In this document: positions 1 to 13,560 of the stretch, piece by piece
Layout: the number at the start of each line of letters is the position of its first letter
How positions within the stretch are numbered: the stretch's first letter is position 1
Assembly: GCA_028534125.1 (NCBI GenBank)
Contig: CM052817.1
Span: 59,460,001 to 59,524,000 of the forward strand
DNA from: Lama glama
Taxonomy: Eukaryota
Direction of reading: 5' to 3'
Length of the DNA stretch: 64,000 bases
Notes under the pieces: model-generated
Seen by the model: the letters and a program-made list of their open reading frames with translations, nothing else
The model's database searches: none
Told to the model about the DNA's origin: nothing
Position numbers and translations under genes: made by a program

Positions 1-345
1 GCACTATTTGTTGAAAAGTCTATCTTTTCCTCACTAAATTGTCTCTGTACTTTTGTCAAAAATTAGTAGTCCATATATGTGTAGGTCTATTTCTAGACAC
101 CCCATCATTTTCCATTGATATATTTGTGTATATTTTAGTCAATACAAGTTTCTCAGTAACTGCATCAATGTAATAAATGTTGAAATCAGGTAATTTTAGT
201 CCAACAAATTTGTTCTTCTCTTTCAAAACTGCTTTTGCTATTTTGGATTCTTTTGCATTTCCACATGAATTTTAGAATTAGCTTGTCAAGTTCTATGAAA
301 AAAGGCCTAAATGGATTTTGATTATGATTTTGTTAAAGTTACGAA
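1..345 (-). mobile_element. LINE-1 ORF2 fragment (old L1M), continues past the window start
   Basis: Reverse complement reads as the L1 ORF2 C-terminal region (..agaacttgacaagctaattctaaaattcatgtggaaatgcaaaag..gacttttcaacaaatagtgc); decayed. Confidence 0.85.
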
Positions 346-454
346 CAACTCTTGACTGCCCATTTGTGGTCTGAGGTACTAAATCTAAAATAAAAAAAGA
401 GGTTTCACTCATTTTTGAAAGGCAGACTATTTAAAAAGTGAATGCTATATAAAT

Positions 455-895
455 AGCTATTTGTCCAAAAGATATACTAACAGCCAATAAACACATGACA
501 AGATGTTCAGCATCATTTGCCATAAGAGAAGTTCTAATCAAAACCACAATGACATATTAATTCACACTCATAAGGATAGCTATAGTCAAAAAGCCAGTAA
601 CAAGTGTTGATAAGAATATGGGAAAATAAGAATCCTCACTCACTGCTAGTAAGAATATAAAATGCCATAGCCACTTGGAAAATATCTTGGTAGTTCCACA
701 AAATGTTAAACATAGTGTTACCATTTGACCCAGCAAGTCCACACCGAGGTATATACATACCCAAGAGAAATTAAAATGTATTTCTCTCAAAAATTTGTAT
801 ATAAATGTTTATAGCAGCATTATTCATAATGGCCAAAATATATAAATAACCCTAATGTCTATCATCTGATGAATGGATAAAAGAAATATAGTTAT
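455..895 (+). mobile_element. LINE-1 ORF2 3' fragment
   Basis: Typical L1 motifs: gccaataaacacatga, aatcaaaaccacaatga, ttaccatttgacccagca, gcagcattattcataatggccaaaa, gatgaatggataaa. Confidence 0.85.
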
Positions 896-904
896 GTCCA
901 AATA

Positions 905-1765
905 AATTACACATCTGATAAGGGTCATATATCCAGAATATATAAAACACACTTACAACCCAAAAATGAAAAGACAGATAATCCAATTAAAATATGGGCA
1001 AGGGATTTGAATAGACACATCTCCAAAGAAGATGTGCCACTAGCCAATAAGACATGAAAAGATGCTCAATATCATTACCTACCAAGGGAATGCAAGTCAA
1101 AACCACAAAGAGATACCTCTTCACACCCACTAGGATGGCTAAACAAAAAGGACAGACAATAACAAGTGTTGATGAGAATATGGAAAAATAAGAACTCACA
1201 CAGCTGGTGGTATTATAAAATGATGCAATCAATTTGGAAAGCAGTTTGGTAGGTCCTCAAAATGTTAACTATCAGGTTACCACATGATCTAACAATTCCG
1301 CTCCCAGGTATATAGTTAGAGAGAGAAATAAAAACATACATTTTTAAAACCTTGTATATTAATTTTCATAGCAACATTATTCATAATAGCCAAAAATAGG
1401 AAACAACCTAAATGTTCATCAGTGGGATGTAAGGATCAACAAAATGCAGTATATCCATGCTATGGAATATTATTCAGCCATAAAAAATTGAATATTGAAG
1501 CATGCTATATAATGTAACTAAACCTTGAAAATTTTACTCTAAAAAGTCAGTCACAAAAGATTACTTTTTATGTAATTTAATTTATATGAAATTTCCTGAA
1601 TAGGTAAATCTGTGGAACAAAAAGTAAACTGGGATTGCCTAGAGTCAGTGATGATTAGGGGTTAATAACTACAGGGTATGGGGTTTCTTTTATGGTGATG
1701 AAAATGTTTTAAAATGTATTGTGGTGATGGTTGCATGACTCTGTGGATATACTAAAAACCAGTGA
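905..1765 (+). mobile_element. LINE-1 ORF2 end plus 3' UTR (L1MB-like)
   Basis: tctgataagggtcatatatccagaatatataaa at the start; 3' UTR motif ggtatggggtttcttttatggtgatgaaaatg..gtggtgatggttgca..tactaaaaacca. Confidence 0.85.
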
Positions 1766-1789
1766 GGTAGTGTCATTATTCTACTACTA

Positions 1790-2125
1790 ATTAGAAGGCT
1801 TCCTAGGGGGAAAGGACATCCAAGTGGTAACATGAATATTAGTTGAAATAATTAGGTGAGGAGGTCATGGGTAGATTTTTGTAAGGAAGGCAAAATAAAA
1901 CAGAAAAAAATATTCCAGGTAGAGAGAACAGCAGGTTCTAGGACTCAGGAGTGATAACAAGTTTGGGAAATCAAAGAAGCTCCACATCTAGAGTGTTTGT
2001 CAAGGTTGGTGGGTGGAAGTAAGAGGAGTAACGAGTGAGGCTGGAGAAAATCATGCAGAGCCTTGTAAACCAGATTAAGATATTTGGTATTTTCCTTAGA
2101 CTTACTGAGATAGTATTAAAAACCC
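1790..2125 (-). mobile_element. L2 LINE fragment
   Basis: gaaggcttcct.., attccaggtagagagaacagca, gaggctggaga..atcatgcagagccttgtaaacca match the antisense L2 3' region. Confidence 0.65.
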
Positions 2126-4591
2126 TATGAGGAGTTGAATGTATCAAATATACCTGATCACAAATTGGCTAGTTTTAAAATAAAATTTAAATATAGCCCT
2201 CAAGGAAGAAAACTCTTTATAAGAAAATTTACGTATTTTACTGTCTGTAACTGACTTTGGTCATGATGCATTAAAATGAGAACATATTACATTTTTACAT
2301 CTCTACTTGTTTAAATTCCCACAAATTTCCATGGTAGGTATCTTCCTAGTTCACAAGAAGACATCTGACCAACTTAAAACCTCATGTAGTTTTCTCAATT
2401 CGTTTGAACATCTAAAACATAAAGTCAGAAGGCAACAATGGAATTTGGAAGAATATCAAGTTGATTTTCACTTGTTCTATAACATCTTTGACAAAACTTT
2501 GTGAGCAAAATTAAAGATAAAAAGTCTACTTTTAATTTTGTTTAAACATGAGAATATTGTTTTTTAAAGTATTCATTCATTGACTATCAGGTGATTGGCA
2601 ACCAAAAACTGGTAGACATTATTAAGTATGATACAAATGCAGCAGGGTAATATTTTGAGGTGTTGATTTGGCTTTTACCTTTTTGCATTCATCCTGAGTC
2701 TTTATTTATGAATTTAGTCGCAGCAAAATGGCAAGAAAATACCTTCCACTTCAAAAGCCAAACCTTTCTAGTTTCAAAATCCTAAATCCTAAAAGATTAG
2801 AAAATAAGAATTATGCCATAGTGATTTGGAAAACTGAACAAACATCTAGAACTAGTTTTTTGGTACCTTCTACTACCTCACTTCCACCATCACCCTGAGA
2901 CTAGATAAAGTTGGTCCAAAAAAGTTAAAGACAAAGAAATGAAATGAGTTTAAATGCTGGTGCTTCCCTAGAAGGAAGCCAGTCTCCCCTGGACACATCC
3001 TGGGACCTACTGACAGATTTTAGTTTGGGGAACTCACTAAACCTTTTTCAGTTTAGGACTAGGAAAAATCCAGAATCAGTTATCCTGATCCCAGCCTGTG
3101 TGAGAGCATCAGAAATATCTTCAGGGGCTCTCTAGGCAGTCAGTTCTGAGACAACTTGATATAATCCCTGTTTGTACCCATTGTAGACCAGGCAGCCACA
3201 AAATGTTTGCCTCTACAGCCAGGAACAGACAAATATGGCATCTCAATCTGGTAGATTTGGAAAGCGTCCGTGGCAAGATGAAGCAGTGATCTCTGTGGAC
3301 CCACCATCAACGAGCAGAAGTGAACGAGGACATCGTGGTAGAAATCATCATAAACAACGACCATGACCTTTGTTAGACATGTCTTGCCTCCCAAACATAG
3401 GTCTTGGCCTTTATAGAGCCCCAAAAGGAAACAACCCCATGAACTAATGTAAAGAGTAACTTGCTGAATTTATTATTTGGTACCTGGTAGAATGGAGGCT
3501 CAAAATTAAAATTAAATTTAACTGTAAAAAAATCACTATCTTTATGACCTGAGAATTGTAGCCTTTAAACCAATAAAAATCCCGACCATTTACTGCATGC
3601 TTACAAGGTGGCAAATTTTAAATTAGCTACTTTACATAAGTATCTCAATTTCATTAATAGTAAGGCACATTCTAAAAATGTTCCCCCTTGCGCAAAAGTT
3701 TTTCATGACAGACTCATTCCACTCTGATAGTCAAAGTTGGTTCTAGTACACCCTCTTATAGTTGTTTAACACCATACATCTTAGAAAAATATTGGATTAA
3801 TAGTTCTTATACCCGGCAGTTTTAGATCTAGTGATTTGAGGTTCCTGTTCAAACCATAATTAACTTAATATTCATCTCCCTTGTCTTTTAAAGTCACTTC
3901 CCATTAGCAAGACTTTAATGATTTCCCAGCATGGTTGGCAACAATTTTATTTCTATCAAGCAAAAGACAATACCATGTTAGAGATAGTCACTATAAAATA
4001 AATAATAATATTAAAGTCTTTATCTTGTCTTGGGGCTATCCTTCGCCTTCAAAAAAATTAATTGGCCCCATAGGCTTAGATAGGTTTTAAATTTTGATGA
4101 GGGAATTAGACAGGAAGGAGGGATGTTAAAATTATCATTTCTCTTTTCCCTAAGGCAGCTCCCTCAAAGGCCACTCAGAATGGGAAATGTCTGTTTGAGG
4201 CCTTGCCCAGCAAGAACCAATAGGAACCACACCACATTCAGCTGTAACCTTTACTGTATTTCTAAAAAGTGAATTCAGCCTCCAGCCTGACCAAAAGGTA
4301 TAAATAAGCTTTACAGTTTTGACCTTAGATAACTGGGGAGCAACTAGATAAGCTGATGTCAAGGAATATTTGCTTTTATTTTTAAAACATCTATTTCGTG
4401 CTTGTAAAATCTAAAGATAGGCTGACTGAGAGTGGAGATGAGACAGCAGAAACATGGACTGAGTAGGTAAAGGGTGGTTTCTTTTCTTTTAATAAGCTGG
4501 TAAAAAACTGCTAAGGAAAAATCATATATTGAAGAAAGGAGAACAGTTGTTTCTATCAAACTCACCACTGTGTACATTTTGCCATCTCATC

Positions 4592-4615
4592 TGTGTGTGT
4601 GTGTGTGTGTGTGTG
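4592..4615. repeat. (TG)12 microsatellite
   Basis: Read directly from the sequence. Confidence 0.95.
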
Positions 4616-5459
4616 TTTAATCACTGCGGGGAGGCTGATTACAAAGAAGAAATGTAAAGTCCCTCGAATATGAAGACAATCCCCAGGTATTTTTCTTGAC
4701 CCTGCAAAAGTGAAAAAGCATGAAATAGTTTTGCCAAGAGGAACAGATGTTTCTGTTGTATATTTCTTACTCCCTGAGCGTGTTTGAGAATTCTAAATAT
4801 AAACGTTCAAACAGACAGGGTGCAAACACACAGGAAGTTTGGGGGAGTGTGAGAATTCATTTAGGCGATTCGATCTGATTCACAATTTTGCACATGAATC
4901 AAAAATCAGGAAAAGTAGAAAAAGGGATCATTTAGACATATTAGCATGTATGTGTGGCTTGCATCTTAAAAAGAAAGCCAATTCAGAGAGGTAGCTAATC
5001 TCATGACCAACTTAAACTACATAAAGAATAAATAGAAACAAGTTTCAAAGACACATATTCTAACTTAATTTGGCATGGTTACTTCGGTGTCCTTATATGA
5101 CAGACTGAATGGGGTCACTTTAGTAAATTCCAAAATTTCACTTATATTTTGTACAGCTTTATAGATTAAATTTAAAAATGAAAATCTCTCTCTGAGCAGA
5201 AGTGGTAGGTGGCCAGAATGAATATTCTAAATAGCCAACACATTACTTGGCACACAGTCATCTAATATTTACTATAGAGTAAAAATATAAACTTGCTGAT
5301 CAAGATGCTTTAACAAGTTAAGCTCTAAACCTCCAATGGATAGTGAGTACAATTTTCATTTCTATGTGAAATGGCAATTCGGTGTATTTCATGGAAGTAT
5401 AGTTTACTTCCATGAATATAATATGTTTCTGGGTAAAGTTATCAGAATAACAACACAGA

Positions 5460-7030
5460 TCATTCCTGACTTCAATCTGCCTCATAAGAAGACCAGTTAG
5501 CAACTACTCATAGACAAGATACCCTCACATTGAGAAGATACCAGAACTCAGGAATGAGACTGAAGCACTCTCCTGGACCACAGTGATGGAAAAGGACCAC
5601 ATTAGAGAGTAAGAGAAGTGGCTACACTGACTGCATTGCCCTCCCCCACGCTGGCACAGCACCACACCAAGAGGGTTTGTTTCTCTGGGCCTACAGTTTC
5701 TCCAGTGGGAAAAAGAAAGCCCAAGGTTGAGTTCCAGCTCCCCCAGCACTGCAGGATGCTTCCCTGGAGGCCCACTTAGATCTCATCCCACATGACCACT
5801 AGGGAACTTTGCAGGGCTTGAATTCCAAAGATCAGAGAGAGATGGAGAAGGGAATGGGACTGACTGCCGTCAGTGTTCAGATCTCGGACTGCATCCCTCC
5901 TTGCAGTGGTGCTTTAGCAGAGATCCCAGCAAGTAGCTCTGCACATCTGCAGAGCAGAGCCTGTGTCCCATCCTGGCCAGGGGGCTCACTGGCAGTTCTG
6001 CCTGAGTCGGATCCACAGCACAACAGCATCTGAGGCCCATTCTACTTCCCATCCAGGCAGAGAGCAAATGTGAAGCACCGCCCAACTGCAGAGTGTAGCC
6101 TCCAGTCCCACCTAACCACGATACCTGACCGGAGAATCCAGGCACCACAGAGCCCATTCTACAGCCACCCTTGGCAAGGAGCCAGGCCGGCAACACTGCC
6201 CCACTGTGATGGGTAGCCTCTGGCCCCACATAACCAGGTTGTCTGAGCAGTGACCATGCACAGCCTTATAATGCAGACTATGGCACTGCCCAGCCACAAA
6301 GACCAGCTTACAACAGAGTCTAGCTTTGCTAGACGTCTGAATATAGCTTGTGGCCTCGCCCAGGAAGGGAGACTAATCAGTGATACCCCAAGTCGTGGAG
6401 CACAGCCTGCAGCCTCACCTGAAAAAGAAGCCTGGACAACGACCCCTCCTGACCTCAGAGCACAGTCCCTAGCACACCCAAATGCAGGATGCATCTGGAG
6501 GTACCCCTCAACCAAAGAGCCAAGCCAGCGACCTTGCCCAACAGCGGAGCACAGCCAGAGGCCTACGTGGTCATGAAGCCCACCCTACAGCCCCACTTAA
6601 ATCTGGGGCACAGTCTGGATCCCTGTCTGATCACAGAGCATGATCCAAGGACTTGTTTAACCACAAAGCATGTGGCCCTGCCTGAACAGAGTCCAGCCAA
6701 TAACACCATCTTGCTGGCAGCACAGCCTGAGACCCCACCTGACCAGGAACAACTGCAGAGGCCAGCTCATAGCCCTGTCCAACCGTGCAGTCCAGCAAGT
6801 GTCACCACCCTGCAAGGGGTTACAGCCTGTGACCCTGCCTGATCAGAGGTGACTGCAGAGCCCACCTGCTGGCCCCAGTTGACCGAGCAGTACAGTCAGT
6901 GGTCCATCCTGATCAAGGAGACCACCCAATAACCACCCCCCACGGAGAGCCCAGCCAGGAGGTCCACACAAACATGGAAGCCAGCCAGTGGCAACCCCTT
7001 GATCTCAGAGCACAGGCAGCAGTTGATTTG
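5460..7030 (+). mobile_element. LINE-1 5' UTR with a degenerate tandem array; no ORF1/ORF2 follows
   Basis: GC-rich block; 5500-5800 is homologous to 27640-27910, which runs into L1 sequence; recurring cctga..agagcacagcc-like units at 6030-7030. Confidence 0.7.
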
Positions 7031-7199
7031 GCAAATGCTCCACCCCTACCCCAATTGACTTAAGAAAGGAGGAATAGAAGCAGGTTACATTCACAAAGAA
7101 TGCACAAGACTATACATTTACCATCATGACCTAGAACTATGATCATTCTCCACTCCTCTTCTTTCCAGACATTCTAACTGTTTTATTATTAGTATTTAC

Positions 7200-9120
7200 C
7201 TAAAATTTTTATCTCCATTCAATTATTTTAAATCTATTTATACCTTTATATTTAAAGCTCATCAGTTATAAACAGAATATATTCTGATCTTGCACTTCGA
7301 CCAGTCTGACAAATGTGCATTCGATTGGAGTATCAGTTCATTTATTTTCAATATAATTTTTAATGATTATATTCAACTCTACCATTTTGCTTTTTCCCCC
7401 CTAGAAATCCCATCTATTATTTTCTCTAGTACTTCTTTCCTACCTATTTTTGTGTTAATAAAATTGGTTTGGTAATATATTTTATTTTCTATACTGTCTT
7501 TTTAGTTATACTTCTTTGAATTATTTTAAATATTTGCTCTGGTGATTACTGTTTATATTTTAATATACCACAGTTGATTTAAGATTAGCATTGTACTGTA
7601 TCAAATAAAATATAGAAATTTGCAACATTATAACTTTATTTACTGACCCCACTATATCACTATTCATTCCAGTCTGATCATTTTTCCTTTAGCTTTTTTT
7701 GGCAACATAGTTCTTCTCAAACTTTTTTCTTAGCTTTTGATTTGATGCTTTTATTTTACCTTAATTTTTGAATGATATGTTTACTATATATTGATTTCTG
7801 CACTGGCAGTTTCTTCTTCCTATTCTCTAACAATGCTTTACCACTGTCACCTAGACTCCATTGTTTATGATGGGAAGTCAGCTTTAATTTTCACTATGTG
7901 TATAATCTATCACTTTTCTGTGCTGCTTTCAAGATTTTCTTCTTGTCTTTGGTTTTCAATAGTTCAACTATAATATGCCTAGGTATCATTTTCTTTGAAT
8001 TTACCCTATTTCAGGATTTTTGAGCTTCTTAAATCTGTGAGTTCATGTTTATTACCATATTTGGGGAAACCTTGTAATGATTTACTCTATTTTTTTTAAT
8101 TATTCTTTTTTTCAACTTCTGAATTTCAATTATCCCTTGATATTGTCCCACTGGTCACTGATGTTTTCACTCTTTTTTTAAATTCTTCTTTCTCCTTGAT
8201 ATTCAGATTGAACAATTTCTATTGATACATTTTCAACTACACTATTTACTACATACAGTGTACAAAATGATTTTAATTCCACCTATTGGATTTTTTGAAC
8301 TTTTGAATTCTATATTTTGCTTTTTTCTTAGTTTTCATATCTCTGCTTCAATTGCATCTATTTATAATAATTATGACAATATTTTATGTTAAGTCCAGGA
8401 ACATATTTATAATAGCTGCTTTAAAATCCTTGCCTGCTGAGTCTAACATCTAGGTTATATAAGGGTTCATTTCTATTAGTTACTTTTTCTTTTGGCTCTG
8501 GATATTTTCCTGTTTCTACTCATCTCAAGTAATTTAATTTTAATTGTAATGGACATTACAGATGATATGTTGTAGGGACTGTTGTTCATTTATCTTCTTT
8601 TTAGGAGCAACAGTTAGCTGAAACAATATCCAAACCTTGCCTCCCTCACATGGGCAGACTGACATCTCTGCTTGGTTCCCTTAACCTTCTGTCTGTCCCT
8701 CACTTTGAGATTCTTAGAATCTTGGAATTCTGGGGTCATCCAAAACCATTCTGTAATTCACACACATTTTGGGAGGCTTCCCTAAACATGAGTCTCTATT
8801 TAAAGGATATGTCCCTTCAAACTGTTGCTGCTCTGGGTGGCCCGAATTCTACCCTCTGATTTCTCAGGCCAGAAAGACTAAAATTTTATGCATCAGATTC
8901 AGCTGCTTTGCTCCCCAAGAAACAGGATTTGTCTCAAGCTATATGAATGAAATATAAATATAAAATTGGCATATAAACACAAATCTATTCAGCTTTTGCC
9001 TTTTAATGATTGGCTTATCAGTGTTTTTCAAGAACTCTGGCAACTCCTCAGTACTTTCAAATACTTTTGTAAAAATTTTCTCTTCATAATTTATAATTAA
9101 CATCTCTGGGAGGATTAGTC
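7200..9120 (-). mobile_element. Old LINE-1 (L1ME-like), 5' region/ORF1/ORF2 start, antisense
   Basis: T-rich antisense L1 text: ccagtctgacaa.., tgctgctttcaagattttcttcttgtctttggttttcaatagtt..tgcctaggt, aatagctgctttaaaatccttg. Confidence 0.7.
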
Positions 9121-9129
9121 CAATACAAC

Positions 9130-12100
9130 CTAGAAATACATACTAGTTAACTACAGAGGTAATGTGAAATAAAGACATTACTAGATTAAAAAAAAAAAGG
9201 TGACAGAATATGACGCCAGTAGAACCACACTAAAAATAATACTAAAGTGCATTCTTCAGATAGAAAGAAAATTACCACAGATAGAAAACACAGAAGTGTG
9301 GGAAGGATTGAAGAACAATGGAAAGAATCCAATGTGAATACATAAAAATAAAACAATCATGTAAAACAATTATTAAAGTATAGGGATCATATGAAAAATT
9401 TAAATGCACGGTAGTAATACAACAGACACAAGGGGTTTAAATGGAGTGAGTGTTTCCTAGTCCTGTAATTGTACAGAGAGTCTTGAAAAATCTAAATTGT
9501 AAGTGTATTTGGAAGTACTAATAAATCAAGAATAAGTGTAGTAATATTTAAAGCATCAAACAAAATGATTAAAAACATCAAATTAAAATGATTTATAAAA
9601 CAAGCTAATGGAGAGAGAAAAGAAATGAACTTTTAAATTACTTTATTTATCCAAAATAAAGGAAAAATGAGAAAATTATCATAAGTTCAGTATAGAAATC
9701 AAGCAGTATTATGATAGATAAGGCCTAAACTAATAATAATTATTTTGAGTATAAATAATTAAATAATAAGACTTGTCAACCTGAATCCTTCAAAAAATGA
9801 AAACAAAACAAAGAAATATCCAATCATATGCTGCTTATAGAGACACCATTTCAGTTTAAAGGCACAGATGCTTTAAAGAGTGACAAAAATATATACAAGG
9901 CAGACAGTGCTTAAGAATATGGATTTTCTAGAGAATTCTTAGCCAAGATGGTGTAGTAGGAAGACCCTGAACTCACCTCTTCCCACACCAAAATTATAAC
10001 TACTTACAGAACAACTATCTATGAAAACAACCTGACGACTAGCAGAAAAGGTTTTCCACAATTAAAGACATAGAGAAGGAACCATGATGAGGAACTGAGT
10101 TACAGTATTGTTAGAACCTACATCCTTGGGTTGGAGACCCATAAACGGGAGAAATATCACAAATGTAGAGGTCTTTCCCAAGGAGCAACGGGTCCAAGCC
10201 CCACATCAGCTATTCAGCCCTCGGGTCCTGCACCAGGAAAATGAGCCTCTGGAATGTTAGTTTTAAAAGTCAGCAGGACTTATGTTTGGGAGACCAGGAG
10301 GACTACAGGAAACAGAGGCTCTGCTTTGAAAGGGTGCATGCAAAAATCTCACAAGTTCCAAGTTCTAGCACAGAGACAGTAGTTTGAAAGGAGCCTGGGT
10401 CTGACCCACTTACTGATCTTGGAGAGGGTATAGAGAGGCAGAAGACAACTGAAACTCCTTCTGGGGGAGGAAACACTGGAGCCAGCAATTTTGGGGAGCT
10501 TATTCTACCATGGTAACATAGGCAGTGGCAAGCACCATTTTGAAATCTTCCCTCTAGCCTATTAGTACCAAAACTGAGCTCAACCCACTGGCAGGCTGGT
10601 ACCACTCCTAGCTGCCCTAGGCTGCACAGACAGCCATTCAGATAGATCAGACAAAATCATATTTAAAACAAAGACTGTAACAAGAGACAAAGAAGGACAT
10701 TACATAATGGTGAGGAAATCAATCCAAGAAGATATAACTATTGTAAATATATAAAAACTGACATGGGAGTACCTAGGTACATAAAGCAAATATTAATGAA
10801 CATAAAGGGAGAAATTGACATAAGTACAATAATAGTAGGGGACTTTAACATCCCACTTACATCAATGGACAGATCATCCAAATAGAAAATCAACAAGCAT
10901 GGCCTTAAACAGCATGTTAAGTGAGATTTATTTAATAGATATATACAGAACATTTCATCCAAAAGAAGACAAATACCCACTGTTTTGAAGGGCACATGGA
11001 ACATCCTCTAGGGTATCTTAGTCACATGCGAGGACACAAAACAAATCTCAATAAATATACGAAGATTCTAATCATAACAAGCATCTTATCTAATCACAGT
11101 TGTATAAAACTAGAATTAAAGGATAGGGGAAAAAAACTGCAAAAACCACAAACAATTGAATTCTAAACAACATGCTACTAACCAACAGATGTATCACTGG
11201 AGAAATCAAAGGGGAAATTTTACAATGCCTTGAGACAATGAAAATGCAAAAATATGATCCAAATCTATGCAAACACAATTCTAAGAGGGAAATAGAGCAA
11301 TCCAAGCCACCTCAGGAGACAAGAAAAATCTCACATAAACAGTCTAGCCTTTCACCTAAAGGAACTAGAAAAAGGAAAAACAAACAAAACCCAAAGCTAG
11401 TAGAAGGAAAGAAGAAAAATCAGAGCAGAAATAAATGAAATAGAGACTAAAAAAACAATATAATAGATCAATGAAACTAAGACCTGGTTCCTTGCAAAGA
11501 TAAACAAGATTGATAAAACTTTTTCCAGACTTATCAAGGAAAAAGAGAGAGGACCCAAATAAATAAAACCCAAAAAGAAAGGTAAGTTACAAGTGACACT
11601 GCAGGAACAGAAAGGATTGTAAGAGATTACTAAGTACAATTATACTCCAATAAATTGAACAACCTAGAATAAATGGATATGTTCCTAGATATGTATATTT
11701 CCCAAGACTGAATCAGGAGGAAATTCATTATATGAACAGACCAATTACCAGTAGTAAAATTAAATCAGTAATCAAAAAGTTCCCAATAAACAAAAGTCCA
11801 AGACCAGATGGCTTCACAGATGAATTCTGCAAAACACATAAAGAACAGTTAACACCTATTCTTTGCAAACTAGTCAAAAAAATTAGAGGAAGGAACACTT
11901 CCAAACTCATTCTCTAAGGCCAGCATCACTCTGATACCAAAACCAGACAAGAACACACACACACACAAAGGAAATTACAAGCCAGTATCACTGATGCAAA
12001 AATTCTCAACAAAATATCAGCAAACCAAATTCAACAATGCATTAAAAGGATCACACACCATGATCAAGAGGGATTTATCCCAGGGATGCAAGGATGGTTC

Positions 12101-13560
12101 AATATCCATAAATCAATAAACATGATATACTGTATTACCAAAATGAAGGATAGAAATTATGTAGTTATCTCAATGGATGCAGAGAAATATTTGACAAAAT
12201 TCAACAACAATTTATGATTAAAAATTCTCAACAAAGTTGGTATAAAGGAAATGAACCTCAGTATCTTAAAGGCCATATATGACAAATCCAAACCTAACTT
12301 CATACATAATAGCAAGAATTTGAAAACTTTTCTTCTAAGATCGTGAAGGAGACAAGGATGTCCATTCTAACCACTTTTATTCAATCTAGTATTGGAAGTT
12401 CTATCCACAGTAATTATGCAAGAAGAAAAAAAGGCATCCAAATCAAAAGGCAAGAACTAAACTCTCACTATTTGCAAATGACATCATAGTATATACAGAA
12501 AGCCCTAAGGACACCACCCCAAAACTGTCAAAATTTAAAAATTCAGTCAGTAAAGTTACAGGATACAAAATCAAATATAGAAATCTGCTGCATTTCTGTG
12601 CACTAACAACAAACTATCAGAAAGGGAAATTAAGAAAACCATACCATTTATCATTGTATCAAGTAGTATAAAATACCTATGAATAAATCTAGCCAGAGAT
12701 AAAATATTTGTATTCTGAAAACTGTAAGACAGTGATGAAAGAAATTAAACACAGGCAAATGGAAAGATAAACTGTGCTCATGGATTGGAATAAGTAATAT
12801 TGTTAATCATATTTCCAAGATAATAAGAAAGTTAATCCACCAGAAAATTATAACAATTTAAAATGCATTTGTACCCAAATTATATGCCTTCAAACTATAT
12901 AGAGCAAAAGGACAGAACTAAAAGGAGAAATTAACAGGTTAATAATCAGAATGGGAGATTTAGAAAACTTTTCAAGTAATCAACAGAATAAGCATAAGCA
13001 GACCAAGAAAACAAAAAGGATAACATAGAAGTATTCTCAAGATGAAAAATCCTGATCTAATTGACACATATAGAATTAATTAATAACAGGTAAACATTAT
13101 TTTCACATGCCCATGGACCACTTACCCAAACAGACCTCAAATTAGCCTCTAAGACGTCTCAAAAAACTGCCATAGGGTGAAATTAAATGAAATGTATAAT
13201 ATGAGCATGACGAAATTAAGCTTGAAATCAGTAACAATAAAAAACATTAAAGAGGAAATTTCCAAATGTTTGCTAATTAAGTTTTCTATTTATAAATCAT
13301 AATGGAAATTAGGAAATAGTTTAACTGTGTAATAATGGAAATTCAACACATCCAAATGTTGTACAGTTGTGATTGGAGGGAAATCAATAGCCTTTACTGT
13401 GTAAGTTAGGAAGAAGAAAGTCTAGAATTCAATGGGCTCACTAACCATCTTATAAGTTAGAAAAATAAAAGCAGATGAACCAAAAGAAAATAGAAAGATA
13501 AAAATTATAATATTATAAATTAATAAAATAGGAAACAAATAAATAATTTTTAAAAATCAG
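9130..13560 (+). mobile_element. Old LINE-1 (ORF1 end to ORF2 endonuclease), split by the younger L1 at 9931-12806
   Basis: 9130-9920 covers the ORF1 end, spacer and EN start (atatgctgcttatagagacacc); EN sequence resumes at about 12810 (ttaatccaccagaaaattataacaatttaaaatg) to about 13560. Confidence 0.7.
9931..12806 (+). mobile_element. Younger LINE-1: 5' UTR joined to ORF2 (EN-RT); ORF1 and 3' end missing; pseudogenised
   Basis: caagatgg 5' start motif at 9944; jump to EN (tcagacaaaa..acaagagacaaagaaggacattacataatg) at about 10645; KSPRPDGFTDEF peptide in ORF 11732-11917; RT motif mutated to FANDI at 12471-12485; ends at tggattggaataagtaatattgttaa. Confidence 0.92.

Noticed and set aside
5525..6852. 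Cluster of 60-119 aa overlapping ORFs; array superficially CRISPR-like
   Set aside because: GC-rich L1 5' UTR; the repeats are degenerate with no unique spacers or cas genes, in a mammalian context.
10303..11917. Several ORFs on both strands
   Set aside because: Broken L1 ORF2 pieces and their antisense frames.
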